From Nemertoderma westbladi (Eukaryota > Animalia > Xenacoelomorpha), in the NCBI GenBank assembly GCA_032718475.1, contig JAUCBJ010003571.1, positions 1-64,000 on the forward strand: a stretch of 64,000 nt of DNA, written 5' to 3'. Each line of letters opens with the position of its first letter. The stretch's first letter is position 1. A model generated the notes under the pieces. The model saw nothing but the letters and a program-made list of their open reading frames with translations. It made no database searches and was not told the DNA's origin. Position numbers and translations under genes: made by a program. This document shows positions 28,301 through 43,300 of this stretch, piece by piece.

Positions 28301-31300
28301 TTTGCGGTACTGACACAAGTCAACACACTGAGGATTAAATTGCGACAGACTGTTATTGGGTGTTTATGTGACAGACGACTGTTAATAGATGACCACGACT
28401 GTGCGACTGTACCAGTTGCGGCCTCTGGTACCGGTAGAAGAAAAATGGGATCTGAGTCAACGGGTAACGATAAAGTGCTTTGGGAGCGAATACATTTCCG
28501 TATATTATCCAAGTTGATGGCGATAATCTTCATATCAGTTTGAATATATTGCAGTACGATGCACGATTGAGTAGATTGCAGCACAATGTTTGAATGTGTT
28601 GACTTGTGTCGGAACCGCAAGCTAAACTAGACCAACGTCCTTGTCGTTCCCGGATTCCATAATACAGTGGTAACAACTGTATCAGTTCGGTAGGCCTACT
28701 GCAGTATGGTACAGAATGACATAATTTCCTTAGCTACGGCTCGTTATGTCTATCAGCTGATATTACTTTGATTATTTCGAATTTAAGTAATATCCTACTT
28801 AGATAATCGGAATTTTTTGAAGCCCTTGACTGTTGGTAGACTATCTGGGACTTTTTTCTGACTGTTGGTGAGTTTTTCTCACTGTTGTTGGTAGGTCTTT
28901 TTGACTGTTGTCCTCAATACAACAGTATTGTCCTTAATTAGACCTATCCAAAGGGGGGGGGGGGGGGGGGGGTGCAATAAATCCTAAATAAGGCCCTCAC
29001 TATAAGTGCATAGAGTATTCTCGTTTGCGTATATGAATGTGGAGATTACTTTAGAGTTAATATTACTGTATATATTATTATTATCTATAATAAATTACTA
29101 TATTAATTGTTACAAAAACACGCATCACCGTATTACCATCTTACCCCACACCACAACCTTTGCTTTCTATGTATATAATATATCGTATTACTTACTTCTC
29201 CTATAGCAGCTGCTTCTTTCTCCTCTGTAACTAACATGGATTGAGCACCCACTTTAATTGTAATTCGCAGTAGGGCTTTTATAGGAGAAATGTTAACAAC
29301 GCATGTAACACGCACTTTGAGAGAGTTGTCAACGAAGTCCCCGTTGTTGATTGAAGGACAGTTATTATTGCCTACACTACACATCGTTGCTGGTTTCACA
29401 TCTGCAACACAAATAGACGGTACAAACATGTGTTGTGTAACAATATCGGGCGAAGTAGGAAATGATATATTTTACCTTACTAAGTAAGTAAGTACTCAAA
29501 TGCTGTATGGTACTCGAAGCATATTACAAATTCTTACCTATCACAAAAACGTAAAATATTGGACTGACGACTTTATCATCCGTGTTACCCTGTTCGTTCA
29601 CATAACATTCGTATTTTCCGGCACCGGTATTTTGGGCTGTGGCTGTAGAAGGATTCTGAAAAAAACATTAAAAAAAAAAAAAATAAGGATAAGGGAATAA
29701 ATAAAACTCATAAAAACTTAAAACTCCTAAAAATTCATATTTCTGATATATTTTGATTAATTTAATAATTAATATACTTTAAAACATAAAATAATCGTAC
29801 TATAAAATATGTATACCGAATTTCTACAATAAACTGTTGATAGTACATTTATTACATAATTATAACATTACGGTTTCTTTTAGTATATTAAACCAGATTA
29901 TACTTTTATTTTTTGATACTGCAAATGCAATGTAGAAGTTGAGCATCATAGCTATCAAAGGCGATTACTATTATTATTATTAATTTTGTGCGTTTATTCC
30001 AAATATTTTGGAGTATCTTTTAAAACAAATAGTTACACAATATTTATGATGAGAAGCTTTTGATATCAGCAGCACGATGGCGCGACGGAGAAAACCGTTG
30101 ATAAACCGAAGATCTAATGGGTTGACAGATGGCTGTCAATATCGCGGCTAAACGCTACGCCTACGCCTACGCCTACGCATCACCATAGTAAGCCAATAGG
30201 CCTACATATCTGAGTGTTTATTTTCAAGCTATTGATTCTCAACTAAATTGGGTTTTCTACAATATGTTAACTTTCGTTTATTGTTTTGGTTATTCTAAAC
30301 CCGACTCTGTAACCTTCTTCCTTACTAACATGCCTAAAGTTGTAGGTGTAGGTGTGTATGCGTAGGCATAGGTGTAGGGTAGGCATAGTGGTTACCCCTG
30401 TCAATAGCTGATAGTTTAAATCCTACACCACAGTTTATGACTTCCGAACTGTTTTAGTTCTGTGGTTTCTAAATATTTGAGCGGGCCGTGAGTTACAGAT
30501 TGGATGACTGCTGTCCTATTGATTTCATCCACAGTTATATTTATTAGTAATAGTTCGCCTCTGTCAACTCCACTTTAAATGACTGTTAAAATCTGTTGCA
30601 AGTAGAATTGGTTTCTTAAATTTGGATACAACTCTATTTATAACTACAGATTTACTCCCTGTATAACTAACTACAGGGAGGGTGTAAACGTTGTTATGCC
30701 ATCCTTGAGGTCTATCACGGTTTTTAGGAGCATTCTACATCTACAGTTGCTAACTCAATCGTAAAGCTGATGTCCATTTAGATCAGCACTGTAAAATTTA
30801 GCTAATTTCTCACAATTTGGCTTTAGATTATCTGTTCCACTGTCGAGTAGGGTTTCAATATCTAAGATGAATCAAAAGATGGAGTCGACATCAAGCATTC
30901 ATTGTGATCTATGAATCTAACATCTCTGATCTAAACAGCGCTGAGCCCAGTATCTCTACTAAGTTCTCCTGGCATTTTCTTTCGCCTCAGAATCTCTTCA
31001 TCTCACACTTCTCACACATCTCATTGGCTTCATTTATTCTGCATGTGACTAGATCTTACCGAATTTGAGATGAGATTTCAACTTTCTATGAGTCGATATC
31101 CAAAGCTGATCATGGGTGTCTGGAGTGATCAAGGTGTGCCTCAAGAAGGATTTTTTTAGCACCTTCACAGCATCTGCATAAGAGCTCCATCGTGTCTCAA
31201 CATGAGCCTTACCTTAAGGGTATACTTCAGCACCACTTTAATTCATTCAAACGTAGTTGACTTTGAAAATAATACCGGGGGGGGGGGGGCGAATTGCAAG

Positions 31301-34300
31301 GCACCATGGGGGCACCCATCGCATTGTTGTCCTCTCGTTCCATTGGTGGGAAGGCCACCTCTATCACATTGTGTAGTGGCAGTGGGGAATCCATCGCATT
31401 GGAATAATGTAAATATTATTATTATTAATGGAAAGTAATTTACAGTTACTGCAGTTTTTAAACAACTAAAAATAAGAGATATATCGACATGCCTTTTATT
31501 AAATATTACATAAATAAAAAATCGCAAATAATTACTAACAAACTGCTTGGTGTACAATTTATTCGTCCCGCCAACTATTGTAGTACCGTCTTTCTTCCAT
31601 TCGTATTCGGGGTTGCTTAGCTCAGGATCGGACACATAATCACATGAAAGGGATATTTCTTTGTCGGCATCCAATTTTTCATAAATATGTTCGTTGGTTG
31701 TTGTGGTTATTTCTAATGGATTAATTTCAATAATAATAAAATATTTACCAACATTCGCTAGATTATACATCTTGGTCCAATTTGTTGTAAATTGGTAGGG
31801 GAACTTGACGCTAATCCCATCTCAGCGAATTAATATCTCGTATCATTGTGAGATTATTAATTAAGTGAAAGCACCAGGTTACAATGGCACATTATTTCAA
31901 CCAAAATTATAAACTAAATTGAAGAAAACAAATTAATTTTGGTGATGGGACCGTTTTCAGGTACAATACCAAGTCTGTCTACTTCTAATGCGCAATAAGT
32001 TTGTTTGCCAAGATTTACAGATTTACATTTATATACATTTACATTTATAGTCAAGATTTACAGATGTTTTTTATAAAGTTATGTAATTAATTATGTTGTT
32101 AATAATTATTAGTAAGTTTGAACTACCTGCTATTTTTCATTTCTGAATAATAATAAAACACAAATAATAATAATGATAAAACACAAATAATAATAATAAA
32201 ACAGTTTTATTTTTGGGAGAAATCAGTTGCTAATTGCATTGGTTGGAGTTTGATTGCGTAAATAGTAATATGTCACTCAACGCTATTACAATTCATATAA
32301 TTTAGGTTAATGTGAAGTTTAAATTATCTGCACTGTACTGGGGTAAATGTTACACCTACATGTAGTACACCAGGTTAGTAAAAAATTAGTTTTCAGAGCC
32401 GGATTGAAAGAAACCATAAAAATAAACGAGAGTTACGAATATTGTAGAAAACCCAATTTAATTGAGAATCAACAGTCAGATGTATAGGCCTACCGGCTTA
32501 TACTTGTATATTGTGTAGGCCTACCGGCTTATACTTGTACTTGTATAATGTGTAGGCCTACCGGCTTATACTTGTACTTGTATATTGTGTAGGCCTACCG
32601 GCTTATACTTGTACTTGTATATTGTGTAGGCCTACCGGCTTATACTTGTACTTGTATATTGTGTAGGCCTACCGGCTTATACTTGTACTTGTATATTGTG
32701 TAGGCCTACCGGCTTATACTTGTACTTGTATATTGTGTAGGCCTACCGGCTTATACTTGTACTTGTATATTGTGTAGGCCTACCGGCTTATACTTGTACT
32801 TGTATATTGTGTAGGCCTACCGGCTTATACTTGTACTTGTATATTGTGTAGGCCTACCGGCTTATACTTGTACTTGTATATTGTGTAGGCCTACCGGCTT
32901 ATACTTGTATATTGTGTAGGCCTACCGGCTTATACTTGTACTTGTATATTGTGTAGGCCTACCGGCTTATACTTGTACTTGTATATTGTATAGGCCTACC
33001 GGCTTATACTTGTACTTGTATATTGTGTAGGCCTACCGGCTTATACTTGTACTTGTATATTGTATAGGCCTACCGGCTTATACTTGTACTTGTATATTGT
33101 ATAGGCCTACCGGCTTATACTTGTACTTGTATATTGTGTAGGCCTACCGGCTTATACTTGTATATTGTATAGGCCTACCGGCTTATACTTGTATATTGTG
33201 TAGGCCTACCGGCTTATACTTGTACTTGTATATTGTGTAGGCCTACCGGCTTATACTTGTATATTGTGTAGGCCTACCGGCTTATACTTGTACTTGTATA
33301 TTGTGTAGGCCTACCGGCTTATACTTGTACTTGTATATTGTGTAGGCCTACCGGCTTATACTTGTACTTGTATATTGTGTAGGCCTACCGGCTTATACTT
33401 GTACTTGTATATTGTATAGGCCTACCGGCTTATACTTGTACTTGTATATTGTATAGGCCTACCGGCTTATACTTGTACTTGTATATTGTGTAGGCCTACC
33501 GGCTTATACTTGTATATTGTATAGGCCTACCGGCTTATACTTGTATATTGTATAGGCCTACCGGCTTATACTTGTACTTGTATATTGTGTAGGCCTACCG
33601 GCTTATACTTGTACTTGTATATTGTATAGGCCTACCGGCTTATACTTGTACTTGTATATTGTATAGGCCTACCGGCTTATACTTGTACTTGTATATTGTA
33701 TAGGCCTACCGGCTTATACTTGTACTTGTATATTGTGTAGGCCTACCGGCTTATACTTGTACTTGTATATTGTGTAGGCCTACCGGCTTATACTTGTACT
33801 TGTATATTGTGTAGGCCTACCGGCTTATACTTGTACTTGTATATTGTGTAGGCCTACCGGCTTATACTTGTACTTGTATATTGTATAGGCCTACCGGCTT
33901 ATACTTGTACTTGTATGTTGTATAGGCCTACCGGCTTATACTTGTACTTGTATATTGTATAGGCCTACCGGCTTATACTTGTACTTGTATATTGTGTAGG
34001 CCTACCGGCTTATACTTGTATATTGTATAGGCCTACCGGCTTATACTTGTACTTGTATGTTGTGTAGGCCTACCGGCTTATACTTGTACTTGTATATTGT
34101 ATAGGCCTACCGGCTTATACTTGTACTTGTATGTTGTATAGGCCTACCGGCTTATACTTGTACTTGTATGTTGTATAGGCCTACCGGCTTATACTTGCAC
34201 TTGTATATTGTGTAGGCCTAGGTGTTGGCCTACACAATACCATCGTACTGTACAACTAATATTGTGTAGGCCTAGGTGTTGGCCTACACAATACCATCGT

Positions 34301-37300
34301 ACTGTACAACTAATATTGTGTAGGCCTAGGTGTTGGCCTACACAATACCATCGTACTGTACATCTAATATTGTGTAGGCCTAGGTGTTGGCCTACACAAT
34401 ACCATCGTACTGTACAACTAATATTGTGTAGGCCTAGGTGTTGGCCTACACAATACCATCGTACTGTACAACTAATATTGTGTAGTCTGTTCAATTTCGA
34501 AGCCATTCATGTACTGAAATTAATACTTACCAACACTCTCCACAATTTTGAATGTTATGGATGCACTGACGGTCCCATCCAGAAGTTGACAGGTTATTGG
34601 ACTGGAACTGTCTCCAACTAGATGTGTTATTTCCTGCGCATTTGGGGAAGTTACGCTGTTGACACCGGTCCACTTGTAATCACCAACTGAACCAACAACC
34701 TCACAACTAGGATTGTCGGCGTAAGTACAACACTTTAGATCAATTTGTTCGTCTTTTTGCACTAATAGTTTATTTGGATCAATAACAATATCTGAAACGA
34801 AAAATAAATTAATGTACATCATTCAATTTCAAATCATATTTTCATATTCATATAGTAATATTGTAATTTTTGGATGGCAGTATTGTTTCGTAGTGGAGGG
34901 TGGTGACGGGGTTGCTACTGTTTAGGCTACATTAGTATTTTACTGATAGTTCATATGTAAAATAATAAATCGTAGGCATATACTAGCTACTGTAAGGGCC
35001 ACCTCACCACTAGCTACTGTAAGGGCCACCTCACCACTAGCTACTGTAAGGGCCACCTCACCACTAGCTACTGTAAGGGCCACCTCACCACTAGCTACTG
35101 TAAGGGCCACCTCACCACACGATGTAACATTTGAGTTATAAACTTGGTTCACACCCACGAGAAACTTAGGCAACTGGTATTGGCATTCTATATTTTTTTA
35201 TAAATTTATAGCTAAATATACTTGAGGAACGAAATTTGCTCATGTTATGTAAGGAGGCCTGCAAAATGAAACAAGTTTCATAGTGAAATTTGTTTTTTGT
35301 AGTTAATCTCCACATTTAAACAAGCGCCATAAAACCCGTTGGACTGATATTCATAATACAAAATAATTAATCTACAGTAACTACTATATATATGTAGTTT
35401 GGTAGGTTCCTGAGTAAATCTACATATTATTTGATTATAGAATAATGGCTGTTGAGCCATAATGCCATAAAGTATTTGATCACTAACTGATTTTCTTCAT
35501 AGTGAGTGGATCAGTCTCTAAAACGCTAGGAGATCCACCGCTGATCTCGATTTTACATTTATATGGGACGTTAAATGGTACGAGATCATCTTTATGTACT
35601 TGGGAATCAGCGCCGTTAGCTGATTCTTCTGCTATCCCTGTTGAATCTCCTGGAAGTGATAAATGATTTTGCTATTTCAAGAATTATATATACTATTACG
35701 ATATATATAAAATGTTTCATTAATCATTTACTTACAATAAATATTGATTTGAATATAACAAATATATAGTAAATATTTTGAGCGATTTTTGTAGGTATTC
35801 TGATTATGATGTTTATACAGTATGAAATATATCTGATTAGGTTGGCTATTATTGATATTATTTAACAAAAAAGTTTAGCTTATGGAGTTGTATAATTATT
35901 TTAATTTTTCATAATCGCTAGTACTGCGTACACTAGTGCTAATTTAGTGGAAATCTACTAACGGTAGATGGTAACAGTAAACGGATCATTGGAACTGGTG
36001 CGAGCAGAGCAGGTAACCCGAATTTGATCTCCAGCAGCCATATTGCCCGCAGTGTTTACTGGAACTATACCGTTAGTAATGGGGGCAGCTGTAGCGGGGT
36101 TTGCATCCTCAGCTGTGTCAGCTGGTATAACATTTATACTCAATAGTAATTCAACAACTCTGCAATTCATTAATCAAATTTAGCAGCTAAGTTAATCCAC
36201 AATAAAACTGACTATGTTCGTGTAGCTGGTACCCAAACAATCATAAATCATACTAATTTATAGGATCGATTCAGAATCACTCTTCACCATAATGTGGGTA
36301 AACTCCCAACGGCTGCCATCGCAGAACTGATAACTAAATGTAGCGACATCTGATTAAATGGACTTGTTATATTAAATTAAATTAAACTAAAAGAGGTAAA
36401 CTTTAAGAGTCTTTCAAGTCTTTCACAAAAAACATCGTACTTGGGGTCAGCATATGCGTGATCTTGTTCTTATGCAACCCAAGGGCGAGTGGTCAGCCAT
36501 TGGCAATCCTGAAACATTTCTGCTAAAGGACACTAGTCAATCACATCCCTGAGCTGATCAGAAACGGCAGTTGTGTTTCTTTGTGGTGGAAAAACTTTTC
36601 CGAATTTTTTATTTTTATTATTAACAACATATAGTGCATTATGTACCATCCAATACTCACATGATCGATTTAGCCACACTCTCAAGTGTTTTGGTTCCAG
36701 AATCAGCTGTTTTTATGGCGCATTTGTAAGATGTTGGTGTATTTAGCCCAGCAGGTTCCGGTAAGAAGTTTGTATTAGCGCTCGCTGCTTTCACCACAGT
36801 ATCATCAGCTGTCATCCAAATATACTCCGCAGTGGTAGCTATATGATAAGATATTTCAGTGATTTAATTAAACCGTGCTAAGCACGATAAACTGGAGCTC
36901 TATTCGCCCCCTAGCGGCATGCAGCCGTGCTAAGCACGATAAACTGGAGCTCTATTCGCCCCCTAGCGGCATGCAGATGACTGTAAAAGTCTGTCTGTGT
37001 GTAGAATTCCTAATTAAGCCGTGCTAAGCACGATAAACTGGAGCTCTATTCGCCCCCAAGCGGCATGCAGATGACTGTAAAAGTCTGTCTGTGTGTAGAA
37101 TTCCTAATTAAGCCGTGCTAAGCACGATAAACTGGAGCTCTATTCGCCCCCTAGCGGCATGCAGATGACTGTAAAAGTCTGTCTGTGTGTAGAATTCCTA
37201 ATTAAGCCGTGCTAAGCACGATAAACTGGAGCTCTATTCGCCCCCTAGCGGCATGCAGATGACTGTAAAAGTCTGTCTGTGTGTAGAATTCCTAATTAAG

Positions 37301-40300
37301 CCGTGCTAAGCACGATAAACTGGAGCTCTATTCGCCCCCTAGCGGCATGCAGATGACTGTAAAAGTCTGTCTGTGTGTAGAATTCCTAATTAAGCCGTGC
37401 TAAGCACGATAAACTGGAGCTCTATTCGCCCCCTAGCGGCATGCAGATGACTGTAAAAGTCTGTCTGTGTGTAGAATTCCTAATTAAGCCGTGCTAAGCA
37501 CGATAAACTGGAGCTCTATTCGCCCCCTAGCGGCATGCAGATGACTGTAAAAGTCTGTCTGTGTGTAGAATTCCTAATTAAGCCGTGCTAAGCACGATAA
37601 ACTGGAGCTCTATTCGCCCCCTAGCGGCATGCAGATGACTGTAAAAGTCTGTCTGTGTGTAGAATTCCTAATTAAGCCGTGCTAAGCACGATAAACTGGA
37701 GCTCTATTCGCCCCCTAGCGGCATGCAGATGACTGTAAAAGTCTGTCTGTGTGTAGAATTCCTAATTAAGCCGTGCTAAGCACGATAAACTGGAGCTCTA
37801 TTCGCCCCCTAGCGGCATGCAGATGACTGTAAAAGTCTGTCTGTGTGTAGAATTCCTAATTAAGCCGTGCTAAGCACGATAAACTGGAGCTCTATTCGCC
37901 CCCTAGCGGCATGCAGATGACTGTAAAAGTCTGTCTGTGTGTAGAATTCCTAATTAAGCCGTGCTAAGCACGATAAACTGGAGCTCTATTCGCCCCCTAG
38001 CGGCATGCAGATGACTGTAAAAGTCTGTCTGTGTGTAGAATTCCTAATTAAGCCGTGCTAAGCACGATAAACTGGAGCTCTATACGCCCCCTAGCGGCAT
38101 GCAGATGACTGTAAAAGTCTGTCTGTGTGTAGAATTCCTAATTAAGCCGTGCTAAGCACGATAAACTGGAGCTCTATTCGCCCCCTAGCGGCATGCAGAT
38201 GACTGTAAAAGTCTGTCTGTGTGTAGAATTCCTAATTAAGCCGTGCTAAGCACGATAAACTGGAGCTCTATTCGCCCCCTAGCGGCATGCAGATGACTGT
38301 AAAAGTCTGTCTGTGTGTAGAATTCCTAATTAAGCCGTGCTAAGCACGATATACTGGAGCTCTATTCGCCCCCTAGCGGCATGCAGATGAACTGTAAAAG
38401 TCTGTCTGTGTGTAGAATTCCTAATTAAGCAATGCTTGTAGGTTACTATTTCCTAGTTCCAAACAGTCAACAATCTACCAATGCAGGTTTAGTGTCTGGT
38501 GGCCGCGATAGTAACAAACATTATTTATCTCATAGTTTCTCTTCTACTCATGATTTGTAATAATTTCAGCTACAGTAGTTATGAGGAACGTTGAGGGAAA
38601 ATTGAGGTGAGGGTACCTCAACACCGTATTATCCATCAGTCGACTGGCCTTGCGGAGGTCTCAGTAAAAATCGTAATAAGTCTAGTGGCAAAAGCGGATG
38701 ATGGGCGAATCGATTCGGAAATATTTATCAGGGGGATTCTAGAATTATGCAATACACGTATTTATGGCCGTTCTCCAGCGCAGATGTGTAAGGCCATCCA
38801 CTCCGGTAGCAACTGCCCCTCCATTATCGTGCATTCGATAAGACCTGGCAAACAGAGGCAAAAACAGCCGATGAAGCTGCTTGGCGAGAAACGCACATGC
38901 TTTAACCAAATTGGACCCTGGAACCAAGGTGCTTTTCCAGAACCCTGGAACAAAGCACTGGTCAAAGATAGGAGTTGTGCTGGTGAGGGGAGGTAGGCGC
39001 GATTGTCAACTCAAACTCCCATCCAGACGAGTTTATCGCCGGAACAGACGGTTTCACTGCCCACTACTTCAAACAGAAACCAGTACCTACCAACAATCTC
39101 CCACACCAAATCTATCTTCACCTTCACCCACTACCTTATTGACTGAAGTTGAACCGAAAGTGATGCAGTACAAGAGTTAGAAAACCGGTGGTGCGATTTA
39201 CAGTCTAATTGAAATTGTTTCAGTTTCGCAAGTTGCCATCTCAATTCTCGGTAAGGGAGATGATAGGATCTTAATTAACTGTATACTGTATAATGGTGAT
39301 GGTCAATATAATACACATATATATAATTGTACATGACGTGTATACAATTACATTGCTTACACATTGTATCTGATTGAACATTACATTACTGTTATCTCTC
39401 ACACTGTGTTATTTATTTATTATGTATCATGACTACTACAAAGTTCCTGAATGTCAAACCCTCGATCAAAATTTTTTAATTTATGTTGCTGTTTGACCTC
39501 AAACGTGACGTTAGCGCTGTTCCCCTCTTCTCCATTAATCAGCTAAGAAAAAGTAATATTTGGCTGTTATCTAACCTGCTGGCGCTATTGTCACATCGCA
39601 GGTGAGGGCACTGACCGAATTCCCCATACGGATGACATTGTCCCCAGTTACTGTAATTGCGGTCACCTTGGATAATGTCCGTGTGACTGACCGAATTCCT
39701 TGATCTACGCTTCCTACAGCGACCAACTTAGCCGCACAGTAATATTTACCAGTCGCAGATGTAGAATAGATCTAGAAGAAATAAAACAACCCCTTAACCC
39801 TATTAGTACCGGGCTATAAAATGTTGTACAAATACCGGGACGGGGTCATATTGACCCCCCCCCCCCCCCCCCCGCCTCTAAAATCTACAAATTTTTACTG
39901 ATTTTTTGTTTGTACGTAGGTATCACTAGTCTGGATCCGACCGAAAAAAAAAATTTTCGAAAAAATGGACTGGGATGGTTATATAGCAGCACCAAAATTA
40001 CAAGTAGTGCACAATTTTCACAAAATTTGAAAGTTACATTTTTCGGCTAATTGTTTTTCAATACAGGTTTTCTGGGGCGGAAAATACATTGGAATATATT
40101 TAAAAATGATATGATTACTATAAATGGCTGTTTAGTCCTCTCTGCGTAGGAAAAAAATGAATAAAACAAGTAACCAGCACTTTTCAGTTAGAACACAAAA
40201 TTTTTAATTCACTTATACGATGCTATAAATTCACATTTTCAGGTTTTCTAGGGCGCTGATTCTAATGGAATACATTTCTAATATGCCAGATCATTGCTAC

Positions 40301-43300
40301 TTGTATTTTTCGGCGTAATTAGGCAAATTTTGGTGCTAGCACCAAATTTCGTACCCATCACCAAAAAGTACAAGTTTGCGATGTCCAGTGCTGTTTTTAT
40401 TGATTCCATCGGATTCAGGACACTCATAAACCCGTATAACGCGAGAAACAAGATGATACTATCTCCTGATCAATTTGCTTATTTTCCAAAATTTGGTGCT
40501 GGCACAACAATTTTCACCCACCGGCAAAATATACAAGTTTGAAAACTTTTTGAAAATTTTTTACTGATTCCATTGAATTCAGAACCCTCAAAAACCCCTA
40601 TAACGCAAGAAACAAGGTGACACAATCAATTTATATATTTGATGGCTTTCAAAATTTGGTGCTAGCACCACATTTTGCACCCACTTCCGAAAAATACAAG
40701 TTTGAGATGTCTAGTTTGATAATTATATATTCCATTGAATTCAGAACAGCTATAAACCTCTAAAACGCAAGAAATAAATTGACACAAGCAATTTTATCTA
40801 TTGAATGGATTTTCAAAATTTCGTGCTAGCACCAAAATTTGCACACAGCACCGAAAAATACAAGTTCGATACGCTTGGTGCAACTCGTATATATTTCGTC
40901 GAAACCAGAACACCAAAAAACCCCAATTGCGTAAAAAACAAGTTTCAAACAATCAATTTACAAAATTGACATATTTCAAAATTTGGTGATGGCACCAAAA
41001 ATTGGCACCCGCCGAAAAAAACAAGTTTGAAATTTCTAAATCAATTTATATGAATTCCATCCAATTGCTAACACCAAAAAACCGGTGTAAATAAAAAATA
41101 TACATGTTTCAATTCATATTTAATGAAATATAATTTTCTAAAAACGTCTCAAAAAAAGAGCCAAAAGTAGGGTTAAAAAATGATGCTATAACTCGAAAAC
41201 TACCCATTGTTTTAGAAAACGGTTTTTACTACTAGGAAGACAATAGATTTTTAGGAAAAGTCATAAAATTTCAGATTCCCAACTGAGTTTGTTTCAGAAT
41301 TATAATAAAAAAACCACGGGGGGGTCATATTGACCCCCCCCCCCCCCCACCGGGTTTAATATGGTTAATATAAATATAAACTTTATTATATTTTGTTATC
41401 TTTGTTACTATTTATAAAGGTGCCTACTGTACTTACTTTAATAATGAATATATTACCTTTCTTACTATTTAAAAAGGTGCCTAGTGTACTTACTTTAATA
41501 ATGAATATATTACACTTTGTTACTATTTATAAAGGTGCCTACTGTACTTACTTTAATAATGAATATATTAACTTTGTTACTATTTATAAATGTGCCTATT
41601 GTACTTACTTTAATAATGAATATATTACCTTTGTTACTATTTATAAAGGTGCCTACTGTACTTACTTTAATAATGAATATATTAACTTTGTTACTATTTA
41701 TAAAGGTGCCTACTGTACTTACTTTAATAATGAATATATTACCTTTGTTACTATTTATAAAGGTGCCTACTGTACTTACTTTAATAATGAATATATTACC
41801 TTTGTTACTATTTATAAAGGTGCCTATGTACTTACTTTAATAATGAATATATTACCTTTGTTACTATTTATAAAGGTGCCTATTGTACTTACTTTAATAA
41901 TGAATATATTAACTTTGTTACTATTTATAAAGGTGCCTACTGTACTTACTTTAATAATGAATATATTACCTTTGTTACTATTTATAAAGGTGCCTAGTGT
42001 ACTTACTTTAATAATGAATATATTACCTTTGTTACTATTTATAAAGGTGCCTACTGTACTTACTTTAATAATGAATATATTACCTTTGTTACTATTTATA
42101 AAGGTGCCTACTGTACTTACTTTAATAATGAATATATTACCTTTGTTACTATTTATAAAGGTGCCTATGTACTTACTTTAATAATGAATATATTACCTTT
42201 GTTACTATTTATAAAGGTGCCTACTGTACTTACTTTAATAATGAATATATTACCTTTGTTACTATTTATAAAGGTGCCTAGTACTTACTTTAATAATGAA
42301 TATATTACCTTTGTTACTATTTATAAAGGTGCCTATGTTACTTACTTTAATAATGAATATATTACCTTTGTTACTATTTATAAAGGTGCCTACTGTACTT
42401 ACTTTAATAATGAATATATTACCTTTGTTACTATTTATAAAGGTGCCTACTGTACTTACTTTAATAATGAATATATTACCTTTGTTACTATTTATAAAGG
42501 TGCCTACTGTACTTACTTTAATAATGAATATATTACCTTTGTTACTATTTATAAAGGTGCCTACTGTACTTACTTTAATAATGAATATATTACCTTTGTT
42601 ACTATTTATAAAGGTGCCTATGTACTTACTTTAATAATGAATATATTACCTTTGTTACTATTTATAAAGGTGCCTATTGTACTTACTTTAATAATGAATA
42701 TATTACCTTTGTTACTATTTATAAAGGTGCCTACTGTACTTACTTTAATAATGAATATATTACCTTTGTTACTATTTATAAAGGTGCCTACTGTACTTAT
42801 TTAATAATGAATATATACCTTTGTTACTATTTATAAAGTGCCTAGTACTTACTTTAATAATGAATATATTACCTTTGTTACTATTTATAAAGGTGCCTAC
42901 TGTACTTACTTTAATAATGAATATATTACCTTTGTTACTATTTATAAAGGTGCCTACTGTACTTACTTTAATAATGAATATATTACCTTTGTTACTATTT
43001 ATAAATGTGTCTACTACTGTACTTATTTTAATAATGAATATATTACCTTTGTTACTATTTATAAAGTGCCTATGTACTTACTTTAATAATGAATATATTA
43101 CCTTTGTTACTATTTATAAAGGTGCCTACTGTACTTACTTTAATAATGAATATATTACCTTTGTTACTATTTATAAAGGTGTGTACTACTAAAGAAATAT
43201 TCTTTGTTACATTTATAATGCTTGTTTATTTAATAATGAATATATTACCTTTGTTACTTTATAGGTTATGTACTTATTTAATAATGAATATATTACCTTT

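Noticed and set aside
32481-38430. CRISPR-like appearance of the 37, 54 and 94-bp repeats with palindromes
   Set aside because: Head-to-tail units without unique spacers, no cas genes, and eukaryotic intronic context.
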